Assembly (NCBI GenBank): GCA_015680685.1
Contig: MNCI01001193.1
Location: forward strand, 97,717 to 161,716
Source of the DNA: Gnetum montanum
Taxonomy: Eukaryota; Plantae; Gnetophyta
Reading direction: 5' to 3'
Length of the DNA stretch: 64,000 nt
The notes beneath the pieces are model-generated. The model saw only the letters and a list, made by a program, of their open reading frames with translations, was not told where the DNA came from and did no database searches. Shown piece by piece: positions 37,701 through 47,784 of this stretch; position 1 is the first letter of the stretch; each line of letters begins with the position of its first letter. A program made the translations under genes and the position numbers.

Positions 37701-39811
37701 TACTTTGTCCCTAAAAGATGGCTGAGATATGCTTCCATGGGGGCATATCTGAAAAGTATTGTTGCTATTCTTTTCCAAACAACTATGTAAAGTGCAAATC
37801 CATTTCCAATACATTCAGACCAATTAAGATAGAATGTAATGCAAAGCCTTCCAGTTGCCCCTTTTTTTGTGTTTGGGAATGCCAGCTTTTATTCCTGTTA
37901 ATGAAAAGATGCAGTTTGACCTCTAACAGTAGTTAACCTAGAAATTCATTGTATTTCATGCCTGGATTTTCAAAGCAAACTACCCTTCTTCTACTTACTT
38001 TTCCTGATATCAGTATTAGGTTGAAGTAGCCTTATTTGTTCAAAACTTAAAAAAAAAAAAAAAAGATATAGTTGTATGATACCGAAACAGTTGCAATTAC
38101 CTATCAATCTAATGAGATTCCTTAGGCAGCAGGACATCGCTAGGGTTGCTAGACAGGGGATCAGTTAATGTTACTTTCTCTCGTTTGGAGAACAGTGATT
38201 GCTTGACCCATGAATACCTGTGGACACCAGTGTAAAAATGTCAGTTACAAGGTTTGATCTCATCACCAATAATAGACAACAAACTTTTACTTCCACTTGA
38301 GGTTGACTAGATTCTTAGCTGCCTGGTAGCATAAACGGTATTTGTGTGTGCTGTTATGCTTGAAAAATATTTGTATCATATTGTTCTTCACAGAAAAGAA
38401 AAGAAAAAAAAAGAAAAAAGGAAAAAAAAAAGATAAAATAGTTTTTTAGATTGCTTATGAATGTTGTAGAATTTGTTAGGAGCATAACGCTTAATTACTG
38501 CCAGATTCCTTGTCTAAGCATTTTCAAAACAGAAAGTTATTTTATTCTTGTTTGCAAAGAATCATAAATAAAACCTTGTAAACGCAATTGTTTTCTGAAA
38601 AAACATGTTTTCAGTTTGTAAAGTTCGTATCTTGTCAAGACCCTAGTTTAGTATGTGTTTTTTTTGAACAGGTAATAGAAAGATTTTATTAATTATAAAT
38701 GAGGACAGAAATTGTATACAAATCATGAAAATTTCTAGAAAAGGGCAAGTGTACCAGTGATACAATGTTTAGATTCACATCATTTTCATTTTGTGACTAT
38801 GATGTAGGTAGAGAGTTTAGTTATATATCTGTGACACTAGGTTAGGGTTCACTTCATGTTCATTTTCGACACTAGGATAATAGTTATAGGGCCTAGCAGT
38901 TTCTCTATTATAAATATAAATTGTTTGTCTATTGCTAATAGAGTTATAAAATGTAAATGACATAGCTTTTATGCCTTTCAGATTATCATGGGTATGTTTT
39001 GAACATAACCTGTGTTTTAAGAAATTGTTTGAAAAATAATGCAATAGTACAACTTTTGATTCATTCAATGCATGCTTGTTCAAAAATCTTGAAACAGTGG
39101 TCGCTGGGTAGCATTAGCTAGTCCTCTATCAATATGGAATTCCATCAATGTAAGTAAATAATAAAAATTTAGTCTCTATGGACATGAGAATGCATAGATG
39201 TTATTCTGTAATGTTGTAGTTCTTATTCCCAAAAGTTGGTTATTAAAATTGATTATTATAAGAATTAAGTCATGTCAATAGATATATTGTTACTAGAGAC
39301 TTTTAATTCACAATGATTTGAATTTGACTAGTCTGAATATGACATTGGTTTAGTTTGGTAATATGACTTATGTTTTAGGACATGCACAATCTCAGTTTCA
39401 ACAGTCACGTACGTACTAGTTTTAGCTCTACTGCAAGTGAAAAAGTGAAGCAGAATGTTTTCGTGCAATTAGAGATCTTGGTTATTCCTTTGTTGGCATG
39501 CATTGTATTTTTGATAAATGCAATGCTTCAGGTACATTATTATGTAGAACATACAATTTGATATGCTGTGTAGAGCTTTAATGTTTGTTTGTCAAGTTGG
39601 GCAGTGCTTTAGTAATTCACTATTTTCCATTTTAAATATAATTTTTTCCATATTATAATGTTCTTCTTAACAGTATTAGCCATAAAGTTTGGGCATTTAA
39701 GCTCAGATTTGCCAGCATTTGGTGTGGTTGATGGAAGTTTATTTCTCTGCAACGTCACAGAACCTCCTTCAATAATCCATTCATTGAAAGGGCACTCGAA
39801 GGAAGTCACTG
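34707..39811 (+). pseudogene. WDR13: WDR13-like WD40-repeat gene, 5' part only, probably pseudogenised (exons ~34707-35132, 37389-37498, 38130-38251, 39379-39531, 39674-39811)
   Basis: Peptides FAGLLQP..ADYVGTRRLLLFRKA / WTKNGKGYVAYRNYIS / RTSFSSTAS..YSFVGMHCIFDKCNAS / VLAIKFGHLSSDL...LKGHSKEVT match the plant WDR13-type N-terminus and first WD repeat. GT-AG borders present. In-frame TAA at 38233 and a frameshift in the A5 run at 39440-39444. No downstream exons found. Confidence 0.82.
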
Positions 39812-40109
39812 GTAAGCAAAGACTTATTCCTGTGATTTTGTAGTGTTTTATTGCTATCCATTTTTTTAATGAAATGTGTTTTCTTCCTTTGAATCTTTTA
39901 AGGTGAAACATAAACCCTGACAATATACATACAACAGATCTTGAAACCCATAATAATAGGGGCGAAAAACAAGTAACTTGAAAGAAGAAATTTAAGATTA
40001 TAGTGTGCAGAATGAGTCCGAACAAAATCAACACAATACCATGAAAGGTCTAATGCTAACATTCATCTTTGCTTTCTCATCACACCCCATCCCTGTAAGT
40101 TTAATCTAG

Positions 40110-40700
40110 AAGGTTGGCAATGAAGGTTTGTTAAAGGGATTAAGACCTCCAGTTATATACCATTTGGCTGCTTTTGAGATGACTACTTATAAAGAGGCTC
40201 GTTTGCATGCCCTTAGGTTGGAGTGTGATAAGGTGGTTGATATTTGAAAGAAGCATTGAAGAGGAAGGCCCAAACTATGACTGATAGTGGGAAGAGTAAA
40301 GCCCCACATATTGTTGAAATTGAAGAGCAACAAATGAGTAGCCAACTTTCCTTGTTCATGATAGAAAATGGTAATCAGGAGAAGGTGAAGCATTGTTATT
40401 ATTGCAAGGAGTCTGGTCATTTGAACATGCAATGTGCTAAGGTGATGTTGAAGAATCAACAGAAGGAAGATCAGGTGAAGTTACCAACACTGCTCATAAC
40501 TCAACCTACAGGACTTTGGGAAGGATTTATGACATTTTGGTAGTTCAGGAAAGGATGAATGCTGAAAAGAAGAAAGCTGTAGAAGATGTGTTATCTGCCT
40601 CCATCTTCCAAAGGAAATTTCTTAAAGGGGAAGATGTAACACCTTGTGTTTTCGGTTCCTCAAACCCAGGACCTTTACTTTAAATTGGTAGATTTATTTG
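40110..40700 (+). mobile_element. Deleted Ty3/gypsy remnant: gag C-terminus with CCHC knuckle, PPT and LTR start
   Basis: KGLRPPV..., CYYCKESGHLNMQC, then AAAGGGGAAGA immediately followed by TGTAACACC at 40635. Confidence 0.65.
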
Positions 40701-41140
40701 TGCCTAAATATAGCTTTTGTTTAGTTTGATGTTTCTTTTCATATCTTAGTATAGCTTTGGCATAACTATTACTAATATATATTGCATTAGTAATTTGTTA
40801 TGCTTTTTTAGATTTGACCTCTTACTGCACATGGTATATTTGATATTTTATTGTATTATATTTCCATTTATTTTTCATGTTTATCCATTTGATTTATTAG
40901 ATGATATTTTATTACTAACGCTTGTTTTCTCTTGATTAGGACAAGTTTGATGGATATGTTCTCTATGTTGGTAATAACTATGATGCAACTATGACGTTTT
41001 CAGTATTCTATGTAATTGAATATTTGGGATTGAGACATAATTATTAGAAAGTTTTTGAGACTGATATGTAATTGTTAAGGAAGCTTCCAGAACTTGGCTA
41101 TGATTGGTCTATTAATGAATCATATGAATCATGACTTTAC

Positions 41141-42104
41141 AATTAAATTGAGCCATTTGTTCATTGTGTTATTCTGACTGTTGATTCCCTAACCCCTACG
41201 CTATAAATTTGGAAGACCAGTGTTCAATTGCATACATTAGTTTGATCCATCTTCTATCTCTTTCAGTCAGAGATCATTGTAGCGCCTTGTCATGCCAAGG
41301 CTTGAGCCTTGAAGCCTTTGTGTAGACTTCAGTGTCTTGCTACTGATATGTTGCTGCAGATGGTACAGGAAACATGGCTTTAAATTTCTTTTTGAATTAT
41401 AATTTTTGATTCTTGTTTTGCTTCCTGTCATTTTAGTCCTTTCATCTTTTGGCTTGTTGCAACAGCCACAAGTTCACTGTCAACGTTAGAATATTCAAAT
41501 TGACTAAAATTTACTTCACACATAGCAGCTCATCTAGTTCTTGTTGTTAGGCTCCTTACTGTCATCCAAATGACTACCATATTCATGATTCTACAATAAG
41601 TTGGTAAGGGCTTGGAGCAACTGGGTCCTTAATTGCTCAGTTGGATTCTCAGCTCCAGCATTCCCATTCCTATCAATTCCTCTTTTGGATGTCATTTGCA
41701 AAATTCTAAATAAGCTCAGATCAGTAACTTGGTTAAAATTAATGAGTCTCCCGGATCATGACCCTAAAATTAATTTGAGCCATCTGTTCATTATGTAATT
41801 CAGACTGTTGATTCCTGAATGTTGCCCTATAAATTTAGAAGCTCTGTACCCATTTCCACACATCAGTTTGATCTATCTTCCATCTCTCTTCTAGTTAAAG
41901 ATCATTGTAGAGCTTTGTCACGTCAAGCCTTGAGCCTTGAAACATTTGTGCTTTATGCTTTATGCTTTTTGTGTAGAGTTCAATGTCTTGCTGCCAATAT
42001 GTTGTTGTAGAAGGTAGAGGAGACATGGTTTTAACTTTCTTTTAGAATTTGAATTTCTGATTCTTGTCTTGATTATGTAGTTTATGTTCATTTATCCCTT
42101 GGAT
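41141..42104 (+). repeat. Diverged ~320-bp local duplication (41141-41455 and 41767-42104)
   Basis: Colinear blocks ttgagccat.tgttcatt, ctataaattt.gaag, gatcattgtag, cttgagccttgaa and tgtcttgct...atatgttg.tg.aga.ggta.agga.acatgg. Confidence 0.85.
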
Positions 42105-43468
42105 ATGATATTTATAACAACAAATGTTGAAGGGGGATATTCAACTGTTGTGACATAGATCATAGTATGGAATGCAATTTGTGTTGTAGATATAGCTTTT
42201 AAATAATTTGTATTGGTGGCAGTATTTATGTTTAGTTTGCTGATCATGCTTTTATGATCTAGTACGATTAATTGTGATATTTAGATTGTTGGTTTAGCAT
42301 GCGGTGCATATAATCCCTTTTGTAGTTTGATGATGAAGTGTCTTGATTGTGGATGTCATCTTTGAGTCTGCAGTTTCCATGGAGTTAGGGTCATGTTCGC
42401 AATGTTTTCCATGGGTTAGGATTAATTTATGGCAAGTCTTTAACGTTTAAGGTTTGGTGTGTGAAATGTTCGAGGACTAAGGTAAGGCCAAATTTGTGAT
42501 GTGTTCTCAAGGTTGTGATTTAATTAATATTTTGATTAGGGATTTATATTTATAATGTTCTTTGAGTGATAGAACCTTTGGCTAGGTGTTAGCAGTTAGA
42601 TCTCATCATATATTGGTTTAGAAGTTTGGAGGACAATTGGGAGGACAACTTTGTGATATTGTGTAATGATTTCGGATGCTAGGATCTCTATAACGTTGGT
42701 GCTAGGCCATGTTTGCTATTATTCATTATGTTAGGTATGGGGTATTGGTAGTTAGAAGTAGTCCTAACAAGTAGGTGGCATCAATATTTTTCTTTCTTCA
42801 CTTTGAATGGTACCAATCCTTTAATGGTTCTAGTGTTTGGTTGGATACTTGTTTGATATCGTTGAAATTTTTATCGATTGCTTGTGATTATACGAGTGTG
42901 ATTACTGACACTATGATGTAGCTATGGGCCCTATCCAGTTCATGTCATGTTGTAGGTGCAATTGAGGTTTGGTTCCTCTATGTTGAAGGAGCTTTGACTC
43001 TTCTTGCACTAGGCCAATGGAGATGGTGGAAGTTCTAGGGTTAGTGAAATGATAGGTAGGACTTTTGATGATAGGTGTTGAGGAGCACGTTTGGAAGACT
43101 TTTCTATTTTATTTATATTTTATATGTAATAGAAGATACTGAATTAGTTATAAATGTATTGTTGGCCTTAGTCTCGAATATTTTGTAATAAGGATTTAGA
43201 TGTAATTTGAACAGCTATGCTTGTCTTTTATATAATGAAATTTGATTTTGACATTTGAGCATGGATTAAAGATGCTTGTTTATGCCTTGTTTACAAGATG
43301 TACCCAACATTGAGTTATGGAGTTACAAAAAATATTCTGTAAAAGGAATTCTAAAACTAGTCTATTTGACAAATCTAAGAGTGTCTTGGTGAATGTAAGA
43401 GAATATTTAGATTAGTTTCCTTTAGTATTCAATGTTATGGTTTAATTTATATTTATAGCGAGAGATAA

Positions 43469-43808
43469 TGACCATTGCTTGGAGTGATGGTCAGATGCTT
43501 GTATCTCAAGTTGCAGGACCTAGGTTCAAGCTTGGGCAAAACTACTTGAAAGAGGTTAGGCTTTTGCTCATCCATTGACGTTTTTGGGACTTGCCATGGG
43601 GGGATGAACAGTGAGCCTTTGAGTGATGATATTTTAGGGACCGCCACTTGGAGTGATGGTAAGTTGCTTATTTCTCAAGTTGTAAGACTTTGGTTCGAGC
43701 ATGTGCCCAGCCACTTGAACAAGGTTAGGCTTTCACTCATTTATTGCCCCTCCTAGGACCTTGCCTTTGTGAGATGTGCATTGAGCCTCTGGGTGATAAT
43801 CCTTTTTT
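43469..43808 (+). mobile_element. Head-to-tail pair of tRNA-derived SINEs (Au-like layout)
   Basis: Each ~170-bp unit has A-box TGGAGTGATGG (43480, 43649), B-box GGTTC(A/G)AGC (43523, 43692), shared aggttaggctt and tgagcct.tg.gtgat, and a T-rich tail. Confidence 0.75.
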
Positions 43809-44186
43809 ACATTTATAGAGAAAGATAAGTATAGCTGCTTAAATTTACATCAAAACCACATCACGATCCCTATTACGTGTATAACTAATATAAAACCTTT
43901 TATTACATTAACAAGACTATAAAATATCAATAAAACCAAAAAATCTTTAAAACATGCTCTTGTTTAGCAAGCACCATCAAAAGTCTTGCCTTTGATACCA
44001 AATCTAGAATCTTCATCATCTACATAGGTGAACAAATGTAGAAAGAGTTAAAACTCTTTCAATGTAGAGGAAGGCAAAAACCTTGATATCATCTGGAACA
44101 AGATAGGAACTGGATAGGGCCTATAGTTGCACCACAATTTTTAGTAGTCATGCTTGAATAATCAATATGTAATCAACAGAAATCCC

Positions 44187-44440
44187 AATGATAACAACCA
44201 AGTAGTCAGTTGAACGATTATAGAATTGCTACTATCCAAAGCAAAAAGGAAATGACTAATACCACTTGATTGTTAGGATAGATACCGGTTGTTGATACCC
44301 CATGTTTAACATGAATGATAACAACCGAGCAGTCAGTTGAACGATTACAGAATTGCTACTATCCAAAGCAAAAAGGAAATGACTAATACCACTTGATTGT
44401 TAGGACAGATACTGGTTGTTGATACCCCATGCTTAACATG
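44187..44440. repeat. 127-bp tandem duplication, near-identical
   Basis: aatgataacaacc...ttaacatg at 44187-44313 and 44314-44440, differing by a few transitions. Confidence 0.95.
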
Positions 44441-44889
44441 ACAGATAAGAACTACATGGCCTAGCACCAACCCTACAAAGATCTTAACATCATTGCATCA
44501 TGAATCATTGTACTATCTTATAGAGTTATCCTTCAAGTTGTCAATCTATCATTTGAGCCAACAGTTGATGATTCCTAACTGCTAACACCCAACCATACAA
44601 CAAAAGTTACTAAATTATTGTACTAGTAATGTACAGATCTTAGACAATCTTAGAAGACATCACAGACTTGGCCCTAATCCTAGGAACATATTGTGGGGCT
44701 TTAATCTTAAAATACTTCCCAGAGTAAATATTAATTTCAAAAGACTACCATAAATTAGTTTTAACTTATGGAAGACATCTCAGACTATGTCTTACATCCA
44801 TGGAAAACTTCACAAACTATGACATGATATCAATGTACTATCCCAAAGCTACACCATTGAACACTTAAGTGGTTATACACATATTTTTT

Positions 44890-45030
44890 TGGAGGGTAAG
44901 GTCAGGTCAAGTTTGCCTAGGATACTTCCCTAGGCTAGTGGCATAGCAAGTGCAAAGGGGTGCAAAGATATGCTAGTACTGGGCTTTGAACCCAACACCT
45001 TTGAGTACAAAGCTATGTGTGCTTTCTACT
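44890..45030 (-). mobile_element. Decayed tRNA-derived SINE-like element
   Basis: Minus-strand B-box-like GGTTCAAAGCC (~44982-44992) in a tRNA-like context. Confidence 0.4.
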
Positions 45031-46149
45031 TTCTTATTATTCATCCTTTTGGAGCTTAGCTCTGTAATTTTCTCATTGAGATACTATTTTGTAGCTATGT
45101 AGTTGATTTCATGGAAATAGAAAATCTAAAGAATCTTTAGCAAGTGGTTGCTAAATCTAACCTTGTGTCTATCAAGCAACGAAATTGGGAGGCCCTTGAT
45201 AGAAAATTGAGTGATAGAATCCTCTTCAATTTTGCTCTTTTGTGTAATGTTTTTAAAATTTCTAAAATATGTTATATATCAAAACGTAATTCCTCCTCCT
45301 TGTTAAGAGGGTTGTTTTGTACAAAGTGTCTTGGAGATCATAACATTGAGAGAGTTTTTTGATGCATTGATTTTGGTCCAAGTTAGGAAGAATTGTATGG
45401 AAAAGTAAAAATCCAATTTAAGAATGTAACTCTTGAAAAGATGTAAATTGTAGTTATTGATTTTAATAAAAATTATTTAGAGGGTCTTCCTTCCTTTGCT
45501 AAGGAAATTCTATTTAGCAAATAAGATGAAGAGTGCATGCTAGAGAATGAAACTTTGAGTTTAACAATGTCCAGAAAAGAAAAGAAAAGAAAAGAAAAGT
45601 GTTTATAGTGAAATTTTGCACATTAATACTTTTGGCACTTTGATGTAATAGTCAGTAGCTTGCTATGAAATGAGTTTTTCAGTATCTTTTCGATAATGTG
45701 AACTTTGGTATTTATTATCAAAGTGATTATTTCTTTCTACTTATCTATGTGGATGTTGACTGAGATGAAGATGTATATATTTAAATTTCTTTGACAATGT
45801 TCTTATAGAAAAAGCCAACTACAACCTTGCAAAGCTTAGACTACTACTGAAGTCAAATATGTTGTTATTGTGAACTTAGCCACTCATTGAAGTAACATAG
45901 CTTCAAAGGTTGGTAGCTAAACGTAGGTTTAATAAAAAGACTATAAAAATTGGCTATAATAACCAAAGTGTTATACACATATCTAAGAATCTTAGCTGTA
46001 TTTGTAGACTAAACATTTTAAGATACAGTAGTAGCATTGCATGGAAATGTTATGATGAATAGCTATGCAGTTTGTGTCATCAAAGTTGATACCTTAGAAG
46101 TAGTTTACAATAGCTTTGCCTTCAAGAGGGAGAATTTGTTGTACATTAT

Positions 46150-46420
46150 GGCATTAAGCTTTATTAAATAGATGTCAATATTTAGAAGAGAAAGTTTGGT
46201 TTTATCATCAAAGAAGAAGAAAGAAAGATATGTAAACTTACAAAAGCTCTCGATGGTATAAAACAGGTCCCAAGAGTTGGTTTCATAGAATAAATAAATA
46301 TTTCTTGATGGATATCAATATAAATCATGGACTTTGAGACCGCATGCTATATTACAAACATTTTGATTTTACTTTATATGATGTGGATGATATGGTATTT
46401 TGTGGGACTGAAATTCAAGA
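46150..46420 (+). mobile_element. Ty1/copia RT fragment
   Basis: GFIIKEEERKICKLTKALDGIKQVPR resembles VCKLKKSLYGLKQAPR; a degenerate (Y)VDDM lies at ~46380. Confidence 0.75.
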
Positions 46421-47784
46421 GAGAGAATTGAGTAAGTGAATATAAATTGTCTCGGTCACATGAGCTTAAATACAATATGTTGAAGTTATCTTAGTTTATA
46501 ATGTACTATAATATTTATTATTTAACTATATATATCAACAAAGAAATCTATGTAAATGGTTGTTTATCTTTGATCCTTTTTATATGATTAATACCCAATT
46601 CATATTCAATTAATATTTCCTGTCAATGTTCACCCTACATTGTAGATATGTGCACAAGAACATGTAAAAGCTAGTGTGTCTATTTTCTGGAGTGTTTTGC
46701 GTCCATCCTAGAGTGTTTTGCATCCATCCTATTGTGCTTTCTACTTTCTCATTATTTCTCTTTTTTGAGCTTAGCTCTGTAATTTTCTCTCTGAACTAGT
46801 GTTTTGTAGCTGTGTTGCTAAAGGTTTTAAAGTTAATTTTTTGGAGGGATTTCTTGGTTTTCCTAATATTTTATTATGTCCTTTGTTCATTTATTAACCA
46901 CTCACAATCTCAGCATCTCACAATGTACATATTAATTACAAGTTATAGACTTCAAATAGATAATGCTTGAACTATGTAGCAATTCTGGTATATTATATTA
47001 CTAACATTGGAGATGCTGTGGGTTTATCATTGTTGAGTAGCTTGGGAAGACAATCCTGTAATAATCAATGATATCATTTCTAAAAAACTAACTGCTTACA
47101 ATTATTATTTTATTTTATCCACTATTTGCAAAAGTTAAACTACAAGCATACATTCTGTATTCACAGTCTCTGATTTTAGTAAGCTCTGTTTACTTTTTGT
47201 TTCTCTCGTGGATTAGTTCTGGCCATCATGTTTCTTCTGGTAAGAGTTTGGGTATGCTGAAGTAAATAATAACCAATTGTGAACATCAAGGAAAGAAACA
47301 GGGTTTAAGGAATAATCAACATGCCTTTAATTACAAATTCAAACCCATCTTCAAAAGGCTTTACAAATCAAAATGCCAAAAAAACATTATATACTCTTGA
47401 TAAAGTCACTAGCCAAGTGTAATTGATGCATCCACCTATATTCAGAGTGAAATCTAACAAGATCTTAAATACATGGAAAATGTTACCTATGTAGTTGCAA
47501 CGAGAATTCAGAAGCACATCTTAGCATCCAATAATGTTATCATTGTAACTGGCTAAACATACATTTCAGCTAAAAAGAAAACCGGCTAAAACAAATTTTT
47601 TCATGGATTTGTGTTTTCTTGAACCATGTTTACAATTTATGAAGAGTCCAGAACGTTGTAAAGCTTTCAAGTTTTAATGAATTGACTCAAAGACATTCTG
47701 AAAGACTAATAATGCGATACAATCTACTACAACAAGATGTGAAATTTTGTGGTCAAAGATGCAAGCAAAGCAAAAGCGAGACCA

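Larger units (their letters stand above)
42310..44860. repeat. Two diverged ~1-kb copies of one repeat family in inverted, tail-to-tail orientation (42310-43240 +; 43805-44860 -)
   Basis: ggtgttagcagttag (42586) vs ctaactgctaacacc (44575); gttggtgctaggccatgt (42695) vs acatggcctagcaccaac (44453); the 3' ends gatgtaa..t.a.cagctat.ctt.tcttt match. A-rich ends suggest non-LTR 3' ends. Confidence 0.7.

Noticed and set aside
43469-43540. Possible tRNA genes (also 55870-55930)
   Set aside because: Only degenerate A/B boxes followed by a SINE body; no cloverleaf evident.
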